Origin: Ruminococcus albus 7 = DSM 20455
GTDB lineage: Bacteria > Bacillota > Clostridia > Oscillospirales > Ruminococcaceae
Length of the DNA: 32,000 bases
Direction: 5' to 3'
Assembly: GCF_000179635.2 (NCBI RefSeq)
Contig: NC_014833.1
Coordinates: forward strand, 840,001-872,000
Shown: piece by piece, positions 1 through 9,270 of the stretch
Layout of the letters: each line of letters begins with the position of its first letter
Numbering within the stretch: the first letter of the stretch is position 1
Position numbers and translations under genes: made by a program
Notes under the pieces: model-generated
Seen by the model: the letters and a program-made list of their open reading frames with translations, nothing else
What the model was told of the DNA's origin: nothing
Databases searched by the model: none

Positions 1-855
1 TATAGTAATAGTAACAGCGTTTTTAATAGCGTTAGCAATGTCCCACTTGCCGTTGACTTTAACTGCAACAGCCAATTGATATGTCCTGCCGGGTGTAAGA
101 TTCTTGGGAGATGTGAAGACAGTAACATCAGCAGGGATATCAGAAGTCCACACTCTCCACTTGCCTGCTAAATATACAGCTATACCATACTTTTCAGCAT
201 TCACAACAGGATTCCAATTTAAACGTATCTGGTGATACTCTTCGCTTACTGCAGCTTTAACGAACATTTTCTTCGGATGAGGACAATTGGGTTCATCGAT
301 CAGCTTATACTTCAAGCCGTTTGCTTTTGCATATTTTTCAGCATATGAACCGCCGTAGCAGTTGATAGTTAAGTTCTTTAATGGCTTATATTCTCTTGCT
401 TTGTTATCATAGTATGTAAATGCGTTTTTTCCTATGCTTGTTACACTTTCAGGTATTGTTATAATTTCAAGACCCTCACATAATACAAATGCACTATTAT
501 CAATAGTTTTCACACTATCGGGAATAACAACATTTTTCATACTTCTACAACCTGCAAAAGCGAACGCTCCTATATACTCTAAGTTTCCAGAAAATGAAAT
601 ACTTTCAATACCAGCACAACCTGAAAACGTTCCTCTTTCAATACGCTCTACACCATCAGGTATAACAACACTCTTAATGTTTGCGCAACTCGAAAAAGCA
701 TTATCACCTATATTCTTCAAGCCCTTAGATAATGTAATACTTTTAAGGCTATCGCACCCCCAAAACGCCATTTCATTAATAAATTCAACGTCATCAGGTA
801 TAACGATATTTTTTATTTTACTACAACCTCCAAACGCATGCTCATCAATATATTT

Positions 856-1878
856 CATGGTTATCCCTTTAACACACCACAGATAATTTACAATGCTGTC
901 CAAATAAACAGACCTCAAAAACCGGAAAATATAGTATAATAGTGACAGGAAACGAAAGGAGCTGTCGCTATGTCAAAAAGATTTCCGAAACCTGAGATCA
1001 CACTTGATGGGATATACTCAAAGTTCGCAGATGAAAGCTTTTGCAAGGATTTTCTGCTTGATATCCGCTTTGAAAAGGGTTTTGCCTGCCCGTTTTGCGG
1101 TGGCTCTGAGTACCGCAGGATAAGGTCACGCCATCTGCTGCGCTGCAAGTTCTGTAAAGCAGATATATCCGCCACAAACGGAACTTTTATGCACAGAACA
1201 CATATTCCGCTCAGACTGTGGATAGTCACCGCATTCCTCATTATGAGCAACAAATGCAGCGTTTCTGCTGTTACGCTGATGAGGTCTTTGGGGGTGACCT
1301 ACAAGACTGCATGGTACATCCTTCACCGCATCAGAAAAGCTATGAAATGCCGTGAAGAACGTTATTTGCTGGACGGAATCGTTGAACTTGATGACACGTA
1401 TCTCGGTGCTCCGACTCACGGTAAAAAGCGTGGCAGAGGAACTGAAAAAGTCAAGATGATAGTAGCTTTGTCAAAGAACGCAGCAGGAAATCCCGAGTAC
1501 GTTAAAATGAGCGATGTGCCGAATTTAAAGGGCATAACTGTGGGTAGATTTGCCAGGGATAATATCCGCGCAGGCTCGAAGATCGAGAGTGATAATGCTC
1601 GAAGTTACAAGAAACCGCTGGCACAGAAATACTTCCATGTTTTTGAGACATATGATCCGACAAGCGGTCAGCTGAATTGGATGCATAAAGTTATATCAAA
1701 CTTCAAAGCAATGATCATGGGAACTTACCACGGAAACGAAAAGATCCACACAGCGTTATATGCTGCCGAATACTGTTACAAATTCAACCGCCGAAAGCTC
1801 GGGAATAGTGCTTATTTACGGCTTTTAGCTGCTTTGGTGCAGTGATCTTACTTGTGGTGTGTTAAGGGGATAACCATT
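856..1878 (+). mobile_element. IS1595-family insertion sequence, copy 1 (1023 bp)
   Basis: Terminal inverted repeats CATGGTTATCCCTTTAACACACCACA (left) and TGTGGTGTGTTAAGGGGATAACCATT (right). An 8-bp direct target duplication ATATATTT sits at 848-855 and 1879-1886. There is a single transposase ORF. A near-identical copy lies at 9271-10293. Confidence 0.85.
970..1845 (+). CDS. IS1595-family (ISXO2-like) DDE transposase with N-terminal zinc ribbon
   Basis: 291-aa ORF. Zinc ribbon CPFCGGSEY...CKFC followed by TNGTFMHRTHIPLRLW, then VELDDTYLG and IESDNARSY acidic motifs typical of ISXO2-like DDE transposases. RBS AAAGGAG lies upstream of the ATG. Confidence 0.9.
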   Translation: MSKRFPKPEITLDGIYSKFADESFCKDFLLDIRFEKGFACPFCGGSEYRRIRSRHLLRCKFCKADISATNGTFMHRTHIPLRLWIVTAFLIMSNKCSVSAVTLMRSLGVTYKTAWYILHRIRKAMKCREERYLLDGIVELDDTYLGAPTHGKKRGRGTEKVKMIVALSKNAAGNPEYVKMSDVPNLKGITVGRFARDNIRAGSKIESDNARSYKKPLAQKYFHVFETYDPTSGQLNWMHKVISNFKAMIMGTYHGNEKIHTALYAAEYCYKFNRRKLGNSAYLRLLAALVQ

Positions 1879-2324
1879 ATATATTTTAATTTTTCCGGTA
1901 ACGTAATTATTTCAATGCTATCACTATCAGAAAATGCATTGGCACATATAGCAGTAACATTGATCTCGGTACCATCATAACATTTTATCTGACTAGGAAC
2001 CTCGACCTCTGTTTCAGAACCATAGTACTTTATAATGCCGATAGTACCGTCTTCCAGCATAGTATACTCATAATCGCCAAAAGTAAGTACTTCCGCACTT
2101 GACGAAATAACTGCATTGTCCACCACTACGTTAGGCAAAATTGCACCGCCGAATACTAATGTCAGCGACAGCAGACCTGCTACTATCTTCTTTTTGTTCA
2201 TTATGTCCTCCTAAATATTGTTATAAAATCAAACGACACCCATCTTTCAACCTATACGACTAAATGTGTCGTTTGATGGCAATTGTCTGTCCTTTCGACA
2301 TTATGTCAATTGACAGTTTTCACC

Positions 2325-3617
2325 TTATCTGGCAGTAAGGACAAATGATCTTCTGTCGATATCATAGGTATCCCATTTACCGTTGATTTTGGCACATATA
2401 ACTATCTCATACTTATGACCGCGATACAGACTTGGCGACATATACTCATTAGAATCGGTATAAGCCTGAACTTTCCACTTGCCTGCGATCTTTACAGCAA
2501 CGCCGTACTCTTCAGCATCAGAAACTCTTGTCCAGAACATACGGAATCGGCGTGAATTCAGATCATACTCCATTGATAACAGACTTGGATAATAGCCCCT
2601 TCCCTGGGCATCAGTGACCCTGAATTTAATGCCGTTATCCAGAGCATAATTCATCGCCTCAGATTTTTTGTGAACAGTAATTTTAAGTTTCGGCAACGGC
2701 TTATAGCAATCATTCTCGTAATCGTATTTATCAAATACATGGCTTCCTATTTCAACTACACTTGAAGGTATAACTGCACCTTGAAGTGCTGTACAGTTTC
2801 CAAACACACCATTACCCAATTCAGTTACTTTATCCGGTATAGTTATATCTTTAAGACTTGTGCATCCGCAAAAGATATTGCTTTCGATAGACTTTAAATT
2901 TTCTGATAAAACAACACTCTTTAATTCTGTACAATATTCAAATGCCGATGATTTCAAAGAAGTAACTTTGTCAGGTATAACTATCGATTTCAATGACGAG
3001 CAAAATCCGAATACTCTTTCATCGACAGTCTTTAGTTTTTTTGATAAAGTTATGCTTTCAAGAGATGAACAACCCAGAAAAGCTGCTTTTCCAATAGAAA
3101 CAACTCTGTCAGGTATAACGATCTCTTTCAAAGCTTCACAATCGATGAATGCACCCTCACCGATAGTTTTCAAGTTATTCGATAAAGTTATATTTTCAAG
3201 ATTATCGCAGTCAAAAAAGGCATAAACACCAATGGATGTCACGCTGTCAGGCAGATCGATATCTACAAGACCATTGCAATCAGCAAATGCTTGTTCTCCT
3301 ATGATCTCCACACCATCGGGTATAATTATTTTTTCGATTTTTCTGCCATGAAATGCATCATCACAAATGGCAGTAACATATTCATCATTTATCTCCTCCG
3401 GTATCTCGACCACAGTATCACGACCCATGTATCCTGTTATACCGATAGTACCATCTTCAAGCACAGTGTAATAAAAATCACCGTATCTGAATTCCTCAGT
3501 TCTTTCCGCACTTGCAGATATAACTGTACTGCTGTTAACTGCCATATCAGGTACAGCTGCACCGCCAAATACGAATGTCAGCGCCAGCAGACCCGCCGTG
3601 ATTTTCTTGTTATTCAT
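2325..3617 (-). CDS. BspA-type leucine-rich-repeat secreted surface protein with diverged C-terminal conserved module
   Basis: The likely start is ATG at 3617 (MNNKKITAGLLALTFVFGGAAVP signal peptide) behind RBS AGGAGGT. About 10 repeats of IxIPDxVxxIGxxAFxxCxxLxxI. The C-terminus RFRMFWTRVSDAEEYGVAVKIAGKWKVQ...INGKWDT is a diverged copy of the shared module. Confidence 0.85.
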   Translation of the reverse strand: MNNKKITAGLLALTFVFGGAAVPDMAVNSSTVISASAERTEEFRYGDFYYTVLEDGTIGITGYMGRDTVVEIPEEINDEYVTAICDDAFHGRKIEKIIIPDGVEIIGEQAFADCNGLVDIDLPDSVTSIGVYAFFDCDNLENITLSNNLKTIGEGAFIDCEALKEIVIPDRVVSIGKAAFLGCSSLESITLSKKLKTVDERVFGFCSSLKSIVIPDKVTSLKSSAFEYCTELKSVVLSENLKSIESNIFCGCTSLKDITIPDKVTELGNGVFGNCTALQGAVIPSSVVEIGSHVFDKYDYENDCYKPLPKLKITVHKKSEAMNYALDNGIKFRVTDAQGRGYYPSLLSMEYDLNSRRFRMFWTRVSDAEEYGVAVKIAGKWKVQAYTDSNEYMSPSLYRGHKYEIVICAKINGKWDTYDIDRRSFVLTAR

Positions 3618-3803
3618 TCCATTACCTCCTGATTTTCTAAACAGATAAAACAAACGACATAAGATATCCGCTTATCCATGAGCATATATGTGCTATCATC
3701 CGGATAAGTATGAAAAATTATGTCGTTCGATAATTATTATATATCTTTTTAAATTGTATGTCAACAGGTTGTTACAAATTACTTTACAGTAACCTGTTAC
3801 ATA

Positions 3804-4076
3804 TTACTTAACAGTAACAGTCACAGCGTTCTTGATAGCGTTTGCAGTATCCCACTTGCCGTTTACTCTGGCTGCAATTGCAACTTTGTAAGTCTTGCCG
3901 GGAGTCAAACTCTTTGGAGTAGTATATGAAGTGCCAGTAATGTTCTTATCCTGAACCTTCCACTTGCCTGCCAGATAAACAGCTACGCCGTATCTATCAG
4001 CACCTTCGACCTTGTCCCATGTGAATCTTACCTGATGGTATTTTTTTCTTGCTATATTATTTTTAATTGAAAACAA
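3804..4076 (-). pseudogene. Orphan copy of the ~85-aa C-terminal module (no signal peptide or catalytic/LRR part; only a TTG start)
   Basis: YHQVRFTWDKVEGADRYGVAVYLAGKWKVQ...KVAIAARVNGKWDTANAIKNAVTVTVK is highly similar to the C-termini of the GH9 (20219-20480) and GH11 (23460-23730) enzymes. The frame closes immediately upstream and no ATG is present. Confidence 0.6.
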
Positions 4077-4853
4077 TAATTGCCAAAGTTTCTTTTATGT
4101 TCATAGTTAATTGAAAGGATATGTGGTAATAAACAGTGGGGGAGGGGAGTCAATCTTCTTTTTCAGCATCTGTTCCTAAGAAGACAGAACATAAGCTCAG
4201 CATAGGCTTCTTTCTGTATTTCTGTATAGCACTTCTGATAGAAACGAGCCGCCAATTATCTATATTATAATCTTCCGGAAGGGGAGTGGGGTCATCAAAC
4301 TCATCCAGCATAGCTTCTTTATTAGGTTTGGTAGGTTCTTTCGGGATCGAAACCAGAACTTCGATTTCGTGAGGAAGATTTGTTTCATTTTAACCCAAGA
4401 GTCTGTCACATTAGCCAATGTGGTGGGCTCTTATTTTTTAGGAAACTCAAAGCAATTTTCTTTACCTGATGCAAACACTGCTTGATATATATTGCATGAA
4501 ATCTGGATTTAGTTTTGTGCAAGTATCCAAAGCTCACTATAATGGTGGTAAAGTGCTTGATGCGTCACCAAGATGGTGGTATAATGTAATCAAGAAGAAG
4601 ATGATGAAACCTATACGAATAAGGATGGATATAAAACGGAACTGCCGAGCAGCTATTATAATCCCGACCAGATTTTCAATAATAAGGAATATGCTACGTA
4701 CTATTGGGAAGCTATTAAGATTCGTTTTGAAATAGTTTAAATTTTCGTCCGAAGTACTAACCTGGAATAAAGCTTAAAATAGAATAAATTCAGTAATTGT
4801 AAATGCAGAATATGAGAACGTCGTGACGATACATAAGGTGAAATAAACTTACT

Positions 4854-5141
4854 ATGAGTGATATGAAAAACGTATATACCGGAGCCTTTGGCAAAGTGAA
4901 TTCTCCCAAGGAACAGTATCAGATAATGAATGAAAACTACAGCAAAATATGCCTGGAATTTGCTGGAATATGCCGTAGATACCGACTTATGCTAGATGAA
5001 AAGTTCAAGGAGATAGTTAGGCTTAGAGATGAAGTGATAAAGCATCAAAATACTATCTCTGCGCAAAATCGGCAGATAAGAAATCTGCAAAAGGAAAATT
5101 CTAAGTTAAAGAAAGCATTGCAAAAACAAAAAAAGAAATAA
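4854..5141 (+). CDS. Hypothetical small coiled-coil protein
   Basis: 95-aa ORF. The C-terminal half is heptad-like and K/E/Q-rich (RLRDEVIKHQNTISAQNRQIRNLQKENSKLKKALQKQKKK). No recognisable family. Confidence 0.4.
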   Translation: MSDMKNVYTGAFGKVNSPKEQYQIMNENYSKICLEFAGICRRYRLMLDEKFKEIVRLRDEVIKHQNTISAQNRQIRNLQKENSKLKKALQKQKKK

Positions 5142-5220
5142 ACGGAAAATCATAAAAAAATCTAAGATACAAAAACGTACCAGCTTATATTGGGCACCTT
5201 TTCTTCCTAGTGCGGATGAA

Positions 5221-5502
5221 ATGTATCCGCTTTACAACTGGGCACTGGAAAATCCTCAGTGGTGGATAACCGGATTTGATCCAAACTGGAAAAATAAGGT
5301 TGACTGTATTAACGGAATGGATTGGCCACTAATGAAAGAAAATCTGATTATGATTGGTTCTGTTGATTTGAGTCAGTTTTCTGATGAAGCAATTGATGAG
5401 ATAATGGAAAAAGTTAATGATTCAAATCAGGATGTGATTGTAGATAAAAATAATAAAACTATATGGATAGTATTCGGAAATATGATTGGGAGTAGGGTAT
5501 GA
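5221..5502 (+). CDS. Hypothetical small protein, translationally coupled to the downstream lipoprotein
   Basis: 93-aa ORF. Its stop overlaps the next start (ATGA at 5499-5502). It shares a VDLSQ(F/V)..E.I.D motif with the 6734-6982 product. Confidence 0.45.
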   Translation: MYPLYNWALENPQWWITGFDPNWKNKVDCINGMDWPLMKENLIMIGSVDLSQFSDEAIDEIMEKVNDSNQDVIVDKNNKTIWIVFGNMIGSRV

Positions 5503-6119
5503 AGATCAAAATAGCGTTAAGTATTTTGACTATAATAATACTTTGTTTTTCATCATGTGGTAATGTGTATGAGAATTTACATTCTGATATCGAAAATCAG
5601 AGCATTGAGTCCAATGAAGAAAGCAACTATACTGAAGATAATAATATCGGTAATGATCTTAAAACTCGAAAGATAACACATGGCTATAAACGTGTGATCG
5701 ATGAATATGCTGAAAAAGCAATGGCGTGTTTTGTTAGTAAAGATACAGAAGGTTTATTATCGTTGTTTTCAGATATGTCCAATGAAAACTATTCTCTTGG
5801 TGATGAAATAGATAGAGCCTATGATTTTCTGGGTGGAGATATAATTTCTTTTGGTGAAATAGAATCGCATACGGGAGGATCGACTTTTGGCGGCGGACAT
5901 ACGAGCCGACAGACAGGTACATCATATATATACGAAGTGAAAACGGATAAAGATGAATTTGAGATTTTTATTGGTTGTGTAATAATCAATGACGATGACA
6001 TATCTCAGGTTGGTATCCAGAATATAAAAATCAAGAATTCAAGCTTTGATATTAATGATCCTGATAAAGAAGAAAATATGGTATCGATTGGCGAATTTTT
6101 AGGCAGTTGGTATGGTTAA
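5499..6119 (+). CDS. Putative lipoprotein (paralog A)
   Basis: Signal peptide with lipobox-like LCFSSC|GN. Paralogous to 6141-6734 (GEIESHTGGSTFGGGHTSRQTG...IGCVIINDDDISQVGIQNIKI versus GEINHTFGGKTFGGGNVSRLTG...INCVMKYDDDNSEIGIQNINI). Confidence 0.7.
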   Translation: MKIKIALSILTIIILCFSSCGNVYENLHSDIENQSIESNEESNYTEDNNIGNDLKTRKITHGYKRVIDEYAEKAMACFVSKDTEGLLSLFSDMSNENYSLGDEIDRAYDFLGGDIISFGEIESHTGGSTFGGGHTSRQTGTSYIYEVKTDKDEFEIFIGCVIINDDDISQVGIQNIKIKNSSFDINDPDKEENMVSIGEFLGSWYG

Positions 6120-6140
6120 GCTTATTGGAGGATATCTATA

Positions 6141-6734
6141 ATGTACAAAATAAAACTTATGATAGTGCTTGTTTTATCATGTACGTTTCTTTATTCTTGT
6201 ACATCTGATATTAGCAGTATCCATGATGAGTCAGAAGAACTTAAAATCGCAGAAAGTTCTTTGGCTGAAAGATTCAACCCTCTTACCGATTATAAAAAAT
6301 ATGGAAAACAGATGGATGATTTTGCAGAAGATGTTGCGAATGGCTTTATAAACAAAGACTACGAAATGATAAAACAGAATTTCTGTCAGAGATCCCTTGA
6401 TACTTACGATCTGGATACGGATATAAATAATGTTTTTGAAAAGATCGGTTCTGATATATTATCATATGGAGAAATTAATCATACATTTGGAGGGAAAACA
6501 TTCGGCGGTGGAAATGTCAGCAGATTGACGGGTTCGGTTGAGATCGATGATGTTAAAACTGAAGATAATTCATATGTGATACATATAAACTGTGTAATGA
6601 AGTACGATGATGACAATTCAGAGATTGGTATACAAAATATCAACATAACTCCAAGTGATTGGAAGGCTCGTGAAGATCCGGAGCATGAGTATTTTTGGGA
6701 TATCGGCGAGGTATATGACAGTTGGAATTGGTGA
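6141..6734 (+). CDS. Putative lipoprotein (paralog B)
   Basis: Signal peptide with lipobox-like FLYSC|TS. RBS GGAGGA upstream. Paralog of 5499-6119. Confidence 0.7.
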   Translation: MYKIKLMIVLVLSCTFLYSCTSDISSIHDESEELKIAESSLAERFNPLTDYKKYGKQMDDFAEDVANGFINKDYEMIKQNFCQRSLDTYDLDTDINNVFEKIGSDILSYGEINHTFGGKTFGGGNVSRLTGSVEIDDVKTEDNSYVIHINCVMKYDDDNSEIGIQNINITPSDWKAREDPEHEYFWDIGEVYDSWNW

Positions 6735-6982
6735 TGCTTGATGTTTATAAATGGAGTGAAGGCTTATCAGAAGGAGATTTATTTAATCTGAATTATTATG
6801 GCCTTGCAAGAATATTTAAAGATTATGGTTGCTATGAAACTACCATAACATGGAAAAAGGGATCTAGATACCCCAATTTAAGTGGCTATGGTGTAGTTGA
6901 TTTATCTCAAGTGGATTTTGAAGGCATTTCCGATCCGATTGTGAATAGCACAACTATTTTACTTAATTCCCTAGTGGTCTAG
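6734..6982 (+). CDS. Hypothetical small protein
   Basis: The ATG at 6734 overlaps the TGA of the upstream lipoprotein gene (TGATG). Weakly related to the 5221-5502 product. Confidence 0.45.
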   Translation: MLDVYKWSEGLSEGDLFNLNYYGLARIFKDYGCYETTITWKKGSRYPNLSGYGVVDLSQVDFEGISDPIVNSTTILLNSLVV

Positions 6983-7374
6983 TTGTACTCGTTAACACGC
7001 AGCAGAGTTATGTACTCAAATCATTCACGTTTAATAACAATAGCTGAACGAAGCATAGCTCTTTTTGAGAAACCAGATCTGACGACTTTGATAGTTGATT
7101 CGGGCAACTCAGAAAGATCTGAGCTTTGAAAAAGTAGATCATAAAACCTCGCCTTTTCGATACAGAAGAAACGGTAAAATTACCTTGCATAATTTTGATA
7201 ACAGCAACTCCATTAGGTGTTTTTTCTTGCAATGATATAATTCAAGAATAATTGGCTGTTTTCTATAATTATATAGTGACTCATTGAAAATTATTAGTTC
7301 TGAAACTACGTGATTATATTGGATTTTAAAGCTTTGCTTGGAGCTATACAGATAGCTAGTGGAGGTGTTTATCA

Positions 7375-7914
7375 TTGAAAATCAATAAATTTTTGAATGC
7401 TTCAATATTTATTCTTTTAGGACTTGTTGTTTTTATTGCGTTGTTAAGCAAATATTTTGAACTATGCAGCAATAAAATCACTATGCTTTCTTTATGTGGG
7501 TATATATTATGTTTAGATTTGGTGCTATTAATTGCAAAATATATTATCTTAAGAAAAAAAAGATTTGCTATACTATCAGCTATTGGATGCTTGTTTTTGA
7601 TCTGCTGTGTTTTCATTGTCAATAATGATATAATAAATATTAAAGCAAGTTACAACGTTTATTCAACGGATAAATACTCGGTAATAGTAAGGTTAAATGA
7701 ATCTTTTATTTCTGGAAGATGTGATATATATATAAAAGAAAACAATATCATTATGAAAAAGGTTGGATATCCTTTAGGTGTTCCCCAAAAGTATGATCCT
7801 ATTGCAACAGAAAATTACAAGATAGATGATAATAAGTCTTCGATAATTCTTAAAATAAAATGTGATCCCAACAGAGATGAGTATGAACTTATTGAAATAC
7901 AAAGAGATAATTGA
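7375..7914 (+). CDS. Hypothetical membrane protein (3 predicted N-terminal TM helices)
   Basis: TTG start 7 nt after RBS GGAGGTG. Hydrophobic stretches FILLGLVVFIALL, LCGYILCLDLVLLIA and ILSAIGCLFLICCVFIV. Followed by a strong terminator. Confidence 0.55.
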   Translation: MKINKFLNASIFILLGLVVFIALLSKYFELCSNKITMLSLCGYILCLDLVLLIAKYIILRKKRFAILSAIGCLFLICCVFIVNNDIINIKASYNVYSTDKYSVIVRLNESFISGRCDIYIKENNIIMKKVGYPLGVPQKYDPIATENYKIDDNKSSIILKIKCDPNRDEYELIEIQRDN

Positions 7915-7932
7915 GTGAATAAAAATGAACTG

Positions 7933-7980
7933 AAATAACACTTATTCAAGAAATATTCTTGAATGAGTGTTATTTTGTTT
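7933..7980 (+). terminator. Rho-independent terminator of 7375-7914
   Basis: An ~18-bp stem AAATAACACTTATTCAAG / CTTGAATGAGTGTTATTT (one G-U pair) followed by TTTTGTTTT. Confidence 0.7.
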
Positions 7981-8079
7981 TCCACACCAATGCAGATGTT
8001 TTCCTATGTTTTCTCGTAAGCGTATAACCCCCCGCATCATAAAAGCAAACAGCCGGGCAGATAACACCCGGCTGTAACA

Positions 8080-8619
8080 TCATATTCTGGCTTTGATTTC
8101 TCCATTTCTCTTTGCGTCCATGTATATTTCTTTGAAATCAGCTTTGCTGTTCGGACCGAATATGATCGGCATAACAGATACAAGGCCATCGGAAATGATC
8201 GCATTTTTAAATGGCAGAAGCGCTGCATCAAGCAAAGTTGGCATCGGTGCATTTCTCAGCATTTCCTCCCAACTGCTGACAATGCCGTTTACAAGAAAAA
8301 CAGAATTGTCATCGATCGATATAAATACCGATCCCTTTTTCAAATGTCGCTCAATGATAAATCTGCCGGTGATGCACCCTTTCCAGCTTTTAAGTATCTC
8401 CATGTGTTATTCGGGCAGATCCGATCGCTCAAGATAATCATCAATGATCCATGTCCGTTCCCATAAAAAGTGGGCAACCTCCGCAGCATCCTGTGGGTCG
8501 ATCATTCCTTGCCCGAAATAATCTTCCTCAGGAAGTATATGATATTCTCTGTTCACATAGTCAAGCAGTGGAAAAAACAGTTCATAAAACAGCTTTGCAT
8601 CTTCATTACTAAGTTTCAT
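8080..8619 (-). pseudogene. IS66 passenger ORF of unknown function, read as one ~178-codon frame interrupted by an in-frame TAA (or as two ORFs of 70 and 107 aa)
   Basis: It lies inside the IS66 inverted repeats, downstream of tnpC. Its ATG (8619) overlaps the tnpC stop by 11 nt and follows GGAGGG. 8407-8619 and 8080-8403 are in the same frame, separated only by TAA-CAC (..SDLPE*HMEILKSW..). Confidence 0.45.
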
Positions 8620-9270
8620 TTTCTTCCCTCCATGGTAATAATATCGTTCCCGCAGGCTGTGAAAACAGCTCGGTCAGGTATTTCTCAGCATCAACACCGT
8701 TCGCCTGTGCAGTTGAAATGATCGAATACAGCGTTGCACTTGATCTGGCTCCGTTTGCTGTATTTGAAAACAGCCAATTTTTTCGGCCTAACGCAAACGG
8801 TCTTATTGCGTTTTCGGCTCTGTTGTTGTCGATAGGCACGTCTCCGTTTTCAAGAAACGTGTAAAGATATTTCCGTTCATTCAACGCATATCTTACTGCA
8901 TCTGTCAGCTTGCCCTTACCACTGACCTGAACATTTTCAAGCCACGCAAAAAACTCGTCAAGCAAAGGCTTTACCTTCACAAGGCGCTGTTTATATCTGT
9001 ATTCTGTGGAGCTGTCGGCAAGCAGATTTTCTTCGTGATATATCTTGTTGAAATATTCTACTGCCTTTGCCGCAACAGAAGTGCTGTGCAGCTTTTGGTC
9101 GTTCGGAAGAGCCTGAATAAAACCACGCCTTGCATGAGTCATACAGCCGCATCGCTTAGCACCCTCGACTGCATTGTAGGCATCGTATCCGTCACAGATA
9201 AGATAGCCGATAAATCCTTTCAGGAAATTCGAGGCGTGCTCACCCTTTCGTGTCGGCTGATAATCGAAAA

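Larger units (their letters stand above)
1..2201 (-). pseudogene. BspA-type leucine-rich-repeat secreted surface protein, split by an IS1595-family insertion; the 3' end runs off the window start
   Basis: The minus-strand frame is open across 1-855 and 1879-2201. The N-terminal piece has a signal peptide (MNKKKIVAGLLSLTLVFGGA) and is paralogous to 2325-3617. The body is built of IxIPxxVxxIGxxAFxxCxxLxxI repeats. Removing the IS and one 8-bp duplication rejoins ...LPEKLKYI|DEHAFGGC... in frame. The C-terminus (about 1-262) carries the conserved module EEYHQIRLNWNPVVNAEKYGIAVYLAGKWRV... Confidence 0.8.

Noticed and set aside
434-3632. Plus-strand ORFs 434-886, 2860-3225 and 3291-3632 (113-150 aa).
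   Set aside because: They run antisense to the LRR genes. Their Ser/Ile/Phe-rich periodic products mirror the LRR repeat on the opposite strand, and they have no RBS or family signal. They are frame shadows.
4469-4735. An 88-aa plus-strand ORF. Another frame also contains a coding-looking 50-codon stretch (..YYNPDQIFNNKEYATYYWEAIKIRFEIV) without a start codon.
   Set aside because: The listed ORF has a basic low-complexity product and no RBS. The alternative frame lacks a start. At most this is a gene remnant, and I cannot support a call.
7008-7622. Minus-strand ORFs 7008-7232, 7139-7375 and 7356-7622.
   Set aside because: They are AT-rich, mutually overlapping ORFs in an intergenic spacer or antisense to the 7375-7914 membrane protein gene. 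They have no RBS and low-complexity products.
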